In this document: positions 7,914-16,347 of the stretch, in pieces | How the letters are laid out: each line of letters begins with the position of its first letter | How positions within the stretch are numbered: the first letter of the stretch is position 1 | DNA from: Delftia acidovorans NBRC 14950 | Lineage (GTDB): Bacteria > Pseudomonadota > Gammaproteobacteria > Burkholderiales > Burkholderiaceae_C | Assembly (NCBI RefSeq): GCF_001598795.1 | Contig: NZ_BCZP01000007.1 | Coordinates: 270,001-302,000 of the forward strand | Direction of reading: 5' to 3' | DNA length: 32,000 nucleotides | The notes under the pieces: generated by a model | The model's database searches: none | What the model was told of the DNA's origin: nothing | The model's input: the letters and a program-made list of their open reading frames with translations, nothing else | Position numbers and translations under genes: made by a program

Positions 7914-8321
7914 TTACAGGCCCAGAGCAGCAATGCCGGCGCCGGCAACCTGCGCATCCTCGCTCGCCTTGACGCCGCTGACGCCCACGGCGCCCAGGCA
8001 TTGGCCGTCCTTCATGATGGCCACGCCACCTTCGAGCAGGCCGTCCAGCGTGGGCGCGCTCAGGAAGGCCGTGCGGCCGTTGTTGATCATGTCTTCATAG
8101 CCCTTGGTATCGCGGCGGCCCAGGGCCGCCGAGCGGGCCTTGGACGGAGCGATGTGGGCCGACACGGCGGCGGCGCCATCCAGGCGCTGCAGCCACAGCA
8201 GGTGGCCGCCGTCATCGACGATGGCAATGGTCACGGCCCACTTGTTCTTCAGCGCCTCGGCTTCTGCGGCGGCGGCAATGGCCTTCACGTCGGCCAGTTC
8301 GAGTTCATGCTTGGTCTTCAT
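7914..8321 (-). CDS. GlcG/HbpS-like (DUF336) heme-binding-family protein
   Basis: MKTKHELELADVKAIAAAAEAEALKNKWAVTIAIVDDGGHLLWLQRLDGAA...KARSAA is the typical DUF336 pattern. I place the start at the ATG at 8321; the ATG at 8339 is an alternative. Confidence 0.8.
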   Translation of the reverse strand: MKTKHELELADVKAIAAAAEAEALKNKWAVTIAIVDDGGHLLWLQRLDGAAAVSAHIAPSKARSAALGRRDTKGYEDMINNGRTAFLSAPTLDGLLEGGVAIMKDGQCLGAVGVSGVKASEDAQVAGAGIAALGL

Positions 8322-8511
8322 AAGATTCCAATTATCCATTCCATCACAAATGTCCTATAAGCATAGCAATCGTATGAGGACTGACAATGCATGCGCAGAA
8401 CAAAACATTCGAAACCAAACCATGGCGGCGGCTCGGGGTATTGCAAGTCGCGCGCAAGCCGCCACCTAGAATGGGCAAGTCGCAACAACACTCCTTCGGA
8501 GGACTGGCCAC

Positions 8512-9204
8512 ATGAATGATCAAGTCACCACACTGGGCTCTGCGGGCTACGGTGTCTCGCAGCAAGAGCGCAATCGCGTATTGCGCAACACCTACTGGCT
8601 GCTGGCCCTGAGTCTTCTCCCCACCGTGCTGGGCGCTTGGCTGGGCGTGGCCACGGGCATCACGCGCTCGCTGAGCGGCGGGTTGGGGCTCATCGTCTTC
8701 CTGGGCGGCGCCTTCGGCTTCATGTTCGCCATCGAGAAGACAAAGCACTCGGCAGCCGGCATTCCCGTGCTGCTGGGCTTCACGTTCTTCATGGGCCTGA
8801 TGCTGTCGCGCATGATCGGCATGATCCTGGGCTTCAAGAACGGCTCCGAGCTGATCATGACCGCCTTTGCAGGCACGGCCGGCGTGTTCCTGGTCATGGC
8901 CTCGCTGGCCACGGTGATCAAGCGCGACCTGTCGGGCATGGGCAAGTTCCTGTTCGTCGGCGTGCTAGTGCTGTTCGTGGGCTCCATCATCAACGTCTTC
9001 ATCGGCTCCACGGCCGGCATGATGGCGATCTCGGTGGCGGCCATCGGCATCTTCAGCGCCTACATGCTCTATGACCTCAAGCAGATCATGGACGGCGGCG
9101 AGACCAACTACATCAGCGCCACGCTGGCTCTGTACCTGGACCTGTTCAACGTGTTCCAGAGCCTGCTGGCCCTGCTGGGCATCATGGGCGGCGAACGCGA
9201 CTGA
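8512..9204 (+). CDS. Bax inhibitor-1/YccA-family membrane protein
   Basis: 230 aa with seven hydrophobic segments. N-terminal ...RNRVLRNTYWLLALSLL and C-terminal ...YLDLFNVFQSLLALLG are characteristic of BI-1/YccA/YbhL. Confidence 0.85.
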   Translation: MNDQVTTLGSAGYGVSQQERNRVLRNTYWLLALSLLPTVLGAWLGVATGITRSLSGGLGLIVFLGGAFGFMFAIEKTKHSAAGIPVLLGFTFFMGLMLSRMIGMILGFKNGSELIMTAFAGTAGVFLVMASLATVIKRDLSGMGKFLFVGVLVLFVGSIINVFIGSTAGMMAISVAAIGIFSAYMLYDLKQIMDGGETNYISATLALYLDLFNVFQSLLALLGIMGGERD

Positions 9205-9243
9205 TGCCGCACGCGGAAGGCTTCACCTTCCCTGCTGCACACC

Positions 9244-9270
9244 AAAGGCCTCCTTCGGGAGGCCTTTTGC
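9244..9270 (+). terminator. rho-independent terminator after the BI-1 gene
   Basis: AAAGGCCTCC-TTCG-GGAGGCCTTTTGC. Confidence 0.8.
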
Positions 9271-9339
9271 ATGTCCGGGATCATCATTTGTGCAAAGCGG
9301 ACTCAACTTCTTCCAAGGCCTGCCGATAATCTCCTCAAG

Positions 9340-9699
9340 ATGACCATGCCTAATCTTCCCCGCACCTTCGCCATCCTGCTGCTGCCCACGCTGCTCGCCG
9401 GCTGCAAGCTGGATGATATTCCGGGCCTGGGACCGGACCCCCGCACCGTCGCCAAGGAGGCCGAGGCCAAGGCCATCGGCGGGGCGTGCCGCCATGCCCT
9501 GCGCGGGCTGGAGGATTGCTACACGCTCAACCCCAAATCGTCCAAGGCCCTGGTGTTTGCAGGCTGGAAGGATATGGACGAGTACATGCGCGCCAACAAG
9601 ATGGAAGGCACGCCTTCGGTCCTGGGTCAGAGCGACCGCCGCCGCAGCGACAAGGACGAGGCGCCTGCCGAGCCGACCTCAGGCCGCAATCGCAGCTGA
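9340..9699 (+). CDS. small lipoprotein of unknown function
   Basis: MTMPNLPRTFAILLLPTLLAGC carries a lipobox (LAGC). The mature part has two further Cys and a charged C-terminal tail. I place the start at the ATG at 9340; 9346 is an alternative. Confidence 0.6.
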   Translation: MTMPNLPRTFAILLLPTLLAGCKLDDIPGLGPDPRTVAKEAEAKAIGGACRHALRGLEDCYTLNPKSSKALVFAGWKDMDEYMRANKMEGTPSVLGQSDRRRSDKDEAPAEPTSGRNRS

Positions 9700-9740
9700 C
9701 CCCTTTTGAGATCCGGATTTGAGATCTGGATCCGCCCGTT

Positions 9741-9779
9741 AAAAAGCCGTGGCCGCCCGAGGGCTCCACGGCTTTTTTC
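9741..9779. terminator. bidirectional terminator between the lipoprotein gene and rlmD
   Basis: AAAAAGCCGTGG-(13 nt)-CCACGGCTTTTTT. Confidence 0.8.
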
Positions 9780-9800
9780 ATGGCGCAGGCAGCCAGGCTG

Positions 9801-11273
9801 TCAGTCTGCGCAGCGCTCGAACACCGCCATGCTCTCCACGTGGGCCGTGTGCGGGAACATGTTGACCACGCCTGCCGATACACAGCGATAGCCGGCCAGA
9901 TGCACCAGAAGGCCGGCATCACGCGCCAGCGTTGCGGGATTGCAGCTGACATAGACGATGCGCTCGGGAAAGCGCCAGGCCTCATGCCCTGCCGGCAGGG
10001 GCTCGGCGCCTTCGGCACCGATGCGCGCCTGGTGGATGTCAGCCAGGGCCTTGGACAGCGCAAACGCGCCTTCGCGCGGCGGATCCACCAGCCACTTGCC
10101 GGCCACGCCGTCGGCAAACAGCATCTCGGGCGTCATCTCGAACAGGTTGCGCGCCACAAAGCGCGTGGGCGCGAGCTTGTCGCCCTCTGCGCGCTGTGCG
10201 TTGTTGGCCGCGTAGTTTTCATGGGAGCGCTTGACCAAGGTATCGCTGCCCTCGATGCCCAGCACCTCGCGCGCCTGCGTGGCCAGGGGAAGGGTGAAGT
10301 TGCCCAGACCGCAGAACCAGTCGATCACGCGCTCGTCCTTCTTGACATCCAGCAGGCGCAGCGCGCGCGTGACCAGCACGCGGTTGATGTGCGGATTGAC
10401 CTGGGTGAAGTCCGTGGGCTTGAACGGCATGGTGATGCCGAAATCGGGCAGGCCGTAGTCGAGCTGGGCGCCTCCCTGCTCCATGAGGTGCACGGTGTCC
10501 GGGCCCTTGGGCTGCAGCCACCACTGCACGTTGTGCTCGACTGCGAAGGCCCGCAGCCGGGCCTGGTCGTCCTCGGACAGCGGCTCCAGATGGCGCAGCA
10601 CCAGGGCCGTGACGGAGTCGCCGCAGGCAACCTCGATCTGCGGGCAGGTTTCGCGCGCATCCATGGAGGCAATCAGCGCGCGCATGGGCAGCAGCATGGC
10701 GTCCACATGGGGCGGCAGGATCTTGCAAGTCTCCATGTCGGCGATGTAGCGGCTCTTGCGCTCGTGAAAGCCCACCAGCACCTTGCCCTTCTTGGCCACA
10801 TAGCGCACCGACAGGCGCGAGCGGAAACGGTAGGCCCAGGACGGACCTTCGATGGGGCGCAGCAGCGTCTCGGGCTTGACCTTGGCCAGATGCCAGAGAT
10901 TGTCTTCCAGCACGCGCTGCTTGATGGCCACCTGGGCGCCCACGTGCAGATGCTGCATCTTGCAGCCGCCGCAGGCACCGGCATGCAGACCGAAATTCGG
11001 GCAGCCGGGGCGCACGCGCTGGGAAGATTCGCGGTGGATGGCCGTCAGGCTGGCGGCTTCCCAGTTGTTTTTCTTGCGATGGGTGTTGGCGCTGACCAGT
11101 TCGGTCGGCAGTGCGCCGTCGATGAATACCACCTTGCCATCGCTCTTGCGGGCCACGCCCTGGGCGTCCATATCCATGGACAGCACCTGCAGCCAGCCTT
11201 CGGGCAGTGCAGGGGCGTCGATGTCGGCTTCGGGCAGGTTGTCGGGGATCTTGTTGTCGCGGGGTTCACTCAT
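9801..11273 (-). CDS. rlmD: 23S rRNA (uracil1939-C5)-methyltransferase
   Basis: 490 aa. It has a TRAM-like N-terminus, the Fe-S cysteine cluster [18 protein letters not shown], the SAM-methyltransferase motif [14 protein letters not shown], and the catalytic [13 protein letters not shown]. Confidence 0.9.
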   Translation of the reverse strand: MSEPRDNKIPDNLPEADIDAPALPEGWLQVLSMDMDAQGVARKSDGKVVFIDGALPTELVSANTHRKKNNWEAASLTAIHRESSQRVRPGCPNFGLHAGACGGCKMQHLHVGAQVAIKQRVLEDNLWHLAKVKPETLLRPIEGPSWAYRFRSRLSVRYVAKKGKVLVGFHERKSRYIADMETCKILPPHVDAMLLPMRALIASMDARETCPQIEVACGDSVTALVLRHLEPLSEDDQARLRAFAVEHNVQWWLQPKGPDTVHLMEQGGAQLDYGLPDFGITMPFKPTDFTQVNPHINRVLVTRALRLLDVKKDERVIDWFCGLGNFTLPLATQAREVLGIEGSDTLVKRSHENYAANNAQRAEGDKLAPTRFVARNLFEMTPEMLFADGVAGKWLVDPPREGAFALSKALADIHQARIGAEGAEPLPAGHEAWRFPERIVYVSCNPATLARDAGLLVHLAGYRCVSAGVVNMFPHTAHVESMAVFERCAD

Positions 11274-11349
11274 GGGGCACGATTGTCTCAGGCTCTCCCC
11301 TTGCCCTGTTGGCGGCTCCCCAAAAAAGCCCCCAACTCGCTTTTGCCTC

Positions 11350-11667
11350 TCAGGACCGCGGAGTGCTGCTGCGGCCCAGGTCCCGCTGCCGCTCCTGGCG
11401 CGCCCGGGCCAGTTGCTCGCGTTCGGCCAGCAGGTTGATTTCGGTGATGCAGTTGAATTCGTCCAGCGTGAACACCATGGTGGCGCCGCGCTCGATCTTG
11501 TCCACGGTCTGGTGCAGCGGCAAGGTCAGGTCCACCGGCGGGCGGTTGGAGCGGTAGATCAGTTCCTGCTCGGGCGTGTAGACGGAATAGCAGGCGGCAG
11601 ACGCGGCCTGCGCCAGCGCGCAGGCGGCCAGCACGGTGATGGCACGCAGGTTTTGCACAGCAGTCAT
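11350..11667 (-). CDS. small exported protein, unknown function
   Basis: 105 aa starting at the ATG at 11667, with GAGGGGA upstream. The signal peptide is [24 protein letters not shown]. The mature part begins [23 protein letters not shown] and ends in a charged, coiled-coil-like tail. It is co-directional with rlmD. Confidence 0.55.
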   Translation of the reverse strand: MTAVQNLRAITVLAACALAQAASAACYSVYTPEQELIYRSNRPPVDLTLPLHQTVDKIERGATMVFTLDEFNCITEINLLAEREQLARARQERQRDLGRSSTPRS

Positions 11668-11807
11668 GGTGTTCCCCTCAAAACGACGGCCTGCCTGTGT
11701 ATGTACTGGGTGGCAGGCCAGGCTGCCCAGCATTATGGAGCAGCACATGCCGCGCCCCGCCAGGTGCCGCCTCCGCGCTGCAGCCGGTTTTGATTTTTCA
11801 GCTTTCA

Positions 11808-11833
11808 CAAATTTCTCTCTTGACAGAAATTTC
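11808..11833. promoter_or_regulatory. paired AAATTTC motifs flanking a TTGACA -35 box (candidate autoregulatory operator)
   Basis: CAAATTTC (11808-11815) and the self-complementary GAAATTTC (11826-11833) flank TTGACA (11820-11825). The pair lies 20-45 bp upstream of the regulator gene. Confidence 0.4.
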
Positions 11834-11854
11834 AGGCCTGCAGACACTGATGCC

Positions 11855-12415
11855 ATGCAACTGAGTCCCATCGCACACCGTTTCATCCACCATTGGGGCG
11901 ACATGGGCAGCTCCTGGGGGGTGAACCGCACGGTCGCCCAGATCCACGCCCTGCTGTTTTTCCATGGCCGCCCGCTCAACGCGGAAGAGATTGCCGACAC
12001 GCTGGGCGCCGCTCGCTCCAACGTGAGCAACAGCCTCAAGGAACTGCAAGGCTGGGAGCTGATCCGCACCAGCCGCAGGCCTGGCGACCGCCGCGACTAC
12101 TTCGAGACCTCGTCCGATGTCTGGGAGCTGCTGCGCACCATCGTGCGAGAGCGCAAGCAGCGCGAGTTCGACCCGACCTCCGAGATGCTGCGAGAACTGA
12201 TCGCCGAGCCTGGCTTCGACGACGAATCCCCCGACACCCAGGACCGCGTGCACGAGACGCTGCGCCTGATGGAGTCGCTGGGCATCTGGACCGACGAGAT
12301 GCTGCGGCTGTCGCCCTCCACGCTGGACAAGCTGCTGCGCCTGGGCGCCAGCGTGCAGCGCTTCGTGCGCTCCGAGGCCGCTGACACCCGCGTCAAGCGC
12401 GGACGCCGAGCCTGA
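11855..12415 (+). CDS. GbsR/MarR-family winged-helix transcriptional regulator
   Basis: MQLSPIAHRFIHHWGDMGSSWGVNRTVAQIHALLFFHGRPLNAEEIADTLGAARSNVSNSLKELQGWELIR is the typical GbsR-type N-terminal wHTH. I place the start at the ATG at 11855. Confidence 0.8.
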   Translation: MQLSPIAHRFIHHWGDMGSSWGVNRTVAQIHALLFFHGRPLNAEEIADTLGAARSNVSNSLKELQGWELIRTSRRPGDRRDYFETSSDVWELLRTIVRERKQREFDPTSEMLRELIAEPGFDDESPDTQDRVHETLRLMESLGIWTDEMLRLSPSTLDKLLRLGASVQRFVRSEAADTRVKRGRRA

Positions 12416-12447
12416 AATTTCCGTCACAAGAGAAACTGGAGGTCACC

Positions 12448-13317
12448 ATGCGCATTCTGGTCTGCGGCGGCAACGGCTTCATCGGCCGCCATATCGTCAA
12501 CCTGCTGGCCCTGGCCGGCCATGATCCCGTGGCGCGCAGCCGCCATTCCCTGCCTGCGCTCGACTACGCCAAGGCCACCACGCCCGACGCCTGGCTGCCG
12601 CACCTGGCGGGCGTGGACGCCGTGGTCAATGCCGTGGGCGTGCTGCGCGACAGCGCCTCCCGGCCCATTGATGCCATGCACGCCCAGGCCCCCATCGCCC
12701 TGTTCGATGCCTGCGCGGCGGCCGGCGTGCGGCGCGTGGTGCAGATCTCTGCCCTGGGCATAGAAGGCAGTGCCACGCGCTACGCCACCACCAAGCGCGC
12801 CGCTGACGAGCATCTGCTGGCACTCACGGCAGCCGGACATCTGCAAGGCTGCGTGGTGCGCCCCAGCGTGGTGTTCGGCGCTGGCGGCGCCAGCAGCGAG
12901 ATGTTCCTGTCCATGGCGCGCCTGCCGGCGCTGCTGCTGCCGCGCCCCGTGCTGCAGGCCCGCGTGCAGCCGGTGGCCGTGCGCGACCTGGCCGAGGCCG
13001 TGGCCGGCCTGGTGACACGCCCCGAACCCGTGGGCATGATCGAGATCGGCGGCCCCCTGCCCTTGCCGCTGGCCGCGCTGATTGCCAGCCTGCGCGCGCA
13101 GATGGGCCGCGCTCCAGCCCGCGTGGGCACGCTGCCCGGCTGGCTCACCCGCGCCAGCGCACGCGCTGGCGACTGGGTCAGCGCCTCACCCTGGTGCAGC
13201 GAGACACTGGCCATGCTGGCCAGCGACAACGTCACCGATCCGGCCGGATTGCAAGCCCTGCTGGGCCGACCCGGCGTTGCGCCATCCCAACTGCTGTCCA
13301 CCTTGCGCCATGGATGA
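12448..13317 (+). CDS. NAD(P)-binding SDR-family (atypical, NmrA/NDUFA9-like) oxidoreductase
   Basis: MRILVCGGNGFIGRHIV is a Rossmann GxxGxxG motif. GGAGG lies 7 nt upstream. 289 aa. Confidence 0.8.
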   Translation: MRILVCGGNGFIGRHIVNLLALAGHDPVARSRHSLPALDYAKATTPDAWLPHLAGVDAVVNAVGVLRDSASRPIDAMHAQAPIALFDACAAAGVRRVVQISALGIEGSATRYATTKRAADEHLLALTAAGHLQGCVVRPSVVFGAGGASSEMFLSMARLPALLLPRPVLQARVQPVAVRDLAEAVAGLVTRPEPVGMIEIGGPLPLPLAALIASLRAQMGRAPARVGTLPGWLTRASARAGDWVSASPWCSETLAMLASDNVTDPAGLQALLGRPGVAPSQLLSTLRHG

Positions 13318-13714
13318 GCGCCGCTCCCGCCCCGTTCCAGCACCGCTGCGCACCATGCACTTGAGCCTGATCGCCGTCTGGCTGGGCACGGCCCTGGTCA
13401 GTGCCATCGAGCACCGCGGCCTGAGCGTGCAGGTGCTGGCCGATGCCGGCATCCACGATGCGCGCTGGCAGACATTCCTGATCTGGAGCGGCCTGCTCGC
13501 CGACCTGGCCGTGGGCCTGGCGCTGTGGCTGCGGCCGGGCCGGGAGAGCTATCTGGCGGCCTTGCTGCTGATGGCCGCCATGACCGTGCTGGCCACAGTG
13601 CTGCAGCCCACGCTGTGGCTGCATCCGCTGGGGCCGCTGCTCAAGAACCTGCCGATCGCCGCCATGCTGCTGCACCTGATGTCGGCACCTGTCACCCCGA
13701 AGGAGTCCGCATGA
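13310..13714 (+). CDS. DoxX-like family membrane protein
   Basis: About 134 aa with four hydrophobic helices (LIAVWLGTALVSAIE..., LIWSGLLADLAVGLALWL...). The start overlaps the SDR stop (ATGGATGA). This type of protein is commonly fused or adjacent to such SDRs. An alternative start is at 13355. Confidence 0.65.
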   Translation: MDERRSRPVPAPLRTMHLSLIAVWLGTALVSAIEHRGLSVQVLADAGIHDARWQTFLIWSGLLADLAVGLALWLRPGRESYLAALLLMAAMTVLATVLQPTLWLHPLGPLLKNLPIAAMLLHLMSAPVTPKESA

Positions 13715-14190
13715 ATCTCTACCTGTTGCTCAAGACGCTGCATATCGCGTCCAGCGTGCTGCTGGTCGGCACCGGCCTGGGCTCGGCCTTCTACATGTTC
13801 TTCGCCAACCGCAGCGGCAGCGTCGCTGCCCAGGCCGTGGTCAGCCGCCTGGTGGTGCGTGCGGACTGGTGGTTCACCACGCCCTGCGTGGTCATACAGC
13901 CCTTGAGCGGCATTGCCCTGGCCCACATGGCGGGCTGGCCGTTGACCACGCCGTGGCTGGCACTGTCGCTGGGCCTGTACCTGCTGGCCGGCGCCTGCTG
14001 GCTGCCCGTGGTCTGGCTGCAGGTGCGCATGGCCGCCATGGCGCGCGGCGCGCACGCAGCGCAGGCCGCCCTGCCCGCGCTGTATGCCGTCTACGCCCGG
14101 CGATGGGAGGCGCTGGGCTACCCGGCCTTCATCGCCATGGCCGTGACCTACTACCTCATGGTCAACAAGCCGATGCTCTGGGGCGGTTGA
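13711..14190 (+). CDS. DUF2269-family integral membrane protein
   Basis: MNLYLLLKTLHIASSVLLVGTGLGSAFYMFFANRSG... with four transmembrane segments. An ATGA overlap with the upstream stop and AAGGAG upstream indicate translational coupling. Confidence 0.7.
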   Translation: MNLYLLLKTLHIASSVLLVGTGLGSAFYMFFANRSGSVAAQAVVSRLVVRADWWFTTPCVVIQPLSGIALAHMAGWPLTTPWLALSLGLYLLAGACWLPVVWLQVRMAAMARGAHAAQAALPALYAVYARRWEALGYPAFIAMAVTYYLMVNKPMLWGG

Positions 14191-14218
14191 GCATCGGCAG
14201 TGCCTTCAGTGCCTGGCC

Positions 14219-14434
14219 TCAGAGCTTGGCAATGGACACTTCGGTGGACTTGACCAGGGCCACCACGTCGGAGCCCACGACCAGGCCCAACTCGTCCACC
14301 GAGCGCGTGGTGATCACCGAGGTGACCACGCCCCAGGGCGTCTGCACATCGACTTCGGAGACAACGTCGCCTCGGATGATTTCGCGCACCTGGCCCTTGA
14401 ACTGGTTGCGCACGTTGATGGCTTGAATGGACAT
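14219..14434 (-). CDS. ssuF: TOBE/Mop-type small molybdopterin-binding-family protein, last gene of the ssu operon
   Basis: 71 aa: MSIQAINVRNQFKGQVREIIRGDVVSEVDVQT...VKSTEVSIAKL, a single TOBE domain. AGGAG lies upstream. Its position after ssuB matches the Pseudomonas putida ssuEADCBF arrangement. Confidence 0.8.
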   Translation of the reverse strand: MSIQAINVRNQFKGQVREIIRGDVVSEVDVQTPWGVVTSVITTRSVDELGLVVGSDVVALVKSTEVSIAKL

Positions 14435-14488
14435 GTTTTTCTCCTGGGGATCAAAAGGAATCAAAGGAAGGTTGGGGAAAACGGAAAG

Positions 14489-15469
14489 TCAGACCGCCCA
14501 GCGCAGGCCATGGGCCGGTACGCCGGGCCAGGCCGTGGTGTCGGTCAGCGGATTGGCTTCGGGCTCGGCGGCGGGCTTTTGCAGCACGCGGTCGAGAATG
14601 CGTTGCTCGATGGCCGCCAGCGCCACGCTGCCGTGCACGCGCGGCCGTGGCAGGGCGATGCGTTCATCCAGCGCGATGCGGCCGTCCTCGATCAGCACCA
14701 CGCGGTCGGCCAGGGCCACGGCCTCCTGCACGTCATGCGTGACCAGCAGGGCCGTGAAGCCGTGGCGTTGCCACAGGCCTTCGATCAGGCGGTGCATCTC
14801 TATGCGGGTGAGCGCATCGAGCGCGCCCAGCGGCTCGTCCAGCAGCAGCAGTTGCGGGCGGTGCACCAGGGCGCGCGCCAGGGCCACGCGCTGGCGCTGG
14901 CCGCCGGACAGGCGCGCCGGCCATTCGCCCTCGCGGTCGGCTAGGCCGACCTGGGCCAGCACTTCGCGGCCACGCTCCTGGGCCGAGGCGGGCAGGCCCA
15001 GCGTCACATTGGCCAGCACGCGCCGCCAGGGCAGCAGGCGCGCGTCCTGGAACATGATGCGCGTGCCGCCCTGCGCGCCCTGCACGGCCCGTGCGGGCTC
15101 GCCGTCCAGCAGCAAAGTGCCGGCCGTGGCCTGCTCCAGGCCAGCGACCAGGCGCAGCAAGGTGCTCTTGCCGCAGCCGCTGCGGCCCACGATGGCGACG
15201 AATTCGCCAGGCTCCACCTGCAGCTGCACTTCGTGCAGCACCTCGCGCTGGCCGTAGCGCTTGGTCAGCCCGCCGGCCTGCAGGCGCACGCCACGGCGCG
15301 GTGCGGATTGGGGGGATGCGGACTGCGGCGCATCGTCGTTCTGGGCCAGGCGGTCGCTGACGTCCAGGCCATCGGCATCGAACGAGGCCTCCCAGGCCAT
15401 CGCCGGCGCGGTGGTGTTCAGCTCCACGGCCTGTGCCAGCGTGGTCTTCATGCGGTTCCATCGGCTCAT
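14489..15469 (-). CDS. ssuB: aliphatic sulfonate ABC transporter ATP-binding protein
   Basis: Walker [10 protein letters not shown], signature LSGGQRQR and Walker B LLLLDEP are present. The ATG at 15469 has AAGGAG 7 nt upstream. This start gives an N-terminal extension of about 60 aa before the ABC core. Confidence 0.88.
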   Translation of the reverse strand: MSRWNRMKTTLAQAVELNTTAPAMAWEASFDADGLDVSDRLAQNDDAPQSASPQSAPRRGVRLQAGGLTKRYGQREVLHEVQLQVEPGEFVAIVGRSGCGKSTLLRLVAGLEQATAGTLLLDGEPARAVQGAQGGTRIMFQDARLLPWRRVLANVTLGLPASAQERGREVLAQVGLADREGEWPARLSGGQRQRVALARALVHRPQLLLLDEPLGALDALTRIEMHRLIEGLWQRHGFTALLVTHDVQEAVALADRVVLIEDGRIALDERIALPRPRVHGSVALAAIEQRILDRVLQKPAAEPEANPLTDTTAWPGVPAHGLRWAV

Positions 15470-15484
15470 GTCGTGCTCCTTGTG

Positions 15485-16336
15485 TCACTTGGGCTGGTAG
15501 CCCGGATGCCAGCGCAGCCACCAGTGCTCCAGCGCACGCGCAAACCAGTCGGCCAGCTTGCCCAGCAGGGCGTACAGCAGGATGCCGACCAGCACCACGT
15601 CGGTCTGCAGGAACTCGCGGGCATTCATGGTCAGGTAGCCGATGCCCGACTGCGCCGAGATGGTCTCGGCCACGATGAGGATCACCCACATCAGGCCCAG
15701 CGAAAAACGCAGGCCCACCAGGATGGAGGACAGCGCGCCCGGCAGGATGACCTCGCGGTACAGCTGCCAGCGCGTGAGGCCGTAGCTGCGCCCCATCTCG
15801 ATCAGCGCAGGGTCCACATTGCGTATGCCGTGGAAGGTGTTCAGGTAGATGGGAAAGAACACCGACACGCTGATCAGGAACAGCTTGGCGCTCTCGTCGA
15901 TGCCGAACCACAGGATGACCAGCGGAATCAGCGCCAGCGCGGGGATGTTGCGCACCATCTGGATGGTGGAGTCCAGCAGCGTCTCCGCCCAGCGCAGCGA
16001 GCCCGTGAGCAGGCCCAGCGCCAGCCCCAGCCCGCCGCCGATGGCCAGACCGCCCAGCGCGCGGCCCGCGCTCACCTGCACATGCTTGAGCAACTCTCCC
16101 GACTCGGCCAGCGCCTGCGCGGCGCGCAGCACATCCAGCGGAGCGGGCAGCACCCGCGTGGACAGCCAGCCCCACGCCGAGGCGGCCTGCCAGACGGCGA
16201 TCAGCGCCAGCGGCACCAGCCAGGGCACCAGACGGCGGCCCACGCCGGCCGCAAAGCGCAGCAGCGGCGACCAGGAATCGCCGGCCGGGGGGGCCGAGGA
16301 GGCCGGCAGCGCAGTAACGGTACGTGCATCGGACAT
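15485..16336 (-). CDS. ssuC: aliphatic sulfonate ABC transporter permease
   Basis: 283 aa of the binding-protein-dependent permease family (LPAPLDVLRAAQALAESGELLKHVQVS...). It lies between ssuD and ssuB. Confidence 0.88.
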   Translation of the reverse strand: MSDARTVTALPASSAPPAGDSWSPLLRFAAGVGRRLVPWLVPLALIAVWQAASAWGWLSTRVLPAPLDVLRAAQALAESGELLKHVQVSAGRALGGLAIGGGLGLALGLLTGSLRWAETLLDSTIQMVRNIPALALIPLVILWFGIDESAKLFLISVSVFFPIYLNTFHGIRNVDPALIEMGRSYGLTRWQLYREVILPGALSSILVGLRFSLGLMWVILIVAETISAQSGIGYLTMNAREFLQTDVVLVGILLYALLGKLADWFARALEHWWLRWHPGYQPK

Positions 16337-16347
16337 GCGTGACTCCC

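Noticed and set aside
8385-8469. Short ORF MRTDNACAEQNIRNQTMAAARGIASRAQAAT in the GlcG / BI-1 divergent region
   Set aside because: It has no ribosome-binding site and no recognisable features, and it lies within the probable promoter region.
8489-8500. CTCC-TTCG-GAGG hairpin sequestering the Shine-Dalgarno sequence of the BI-1 gene (RNA-thermometer-like)
   Set aside because: The stem is only 4 bp and cannot be extended, so it is too weak to claim a regulatory structure.
9706-9731. 13-bp tandem duplication TTGAGATCCGGAT / TTGAGATCTGGAT after the lipoprotein gene
   Set aside because: It is real in the sequence, but it is a single duplication in a 3' untranslated spacer just before the terminator. 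No functional reading suggests itself.
9780-11438. 552-aa plus-strand ORF
   Set aside because: It is antisense to rlmD, which has clear Fe-S and SAM-methyltransferase motifs. The composition is a GC artefact.
14219-14434. Mop/TOBE gene as independent evidence for molybdenum metabolism near the receptor operon
   Set aside because: Its position as the last gene after ssuB identifies it as SsuF of the sulfonate operon. It should not be counted as support for the Mo/W hypothesis.
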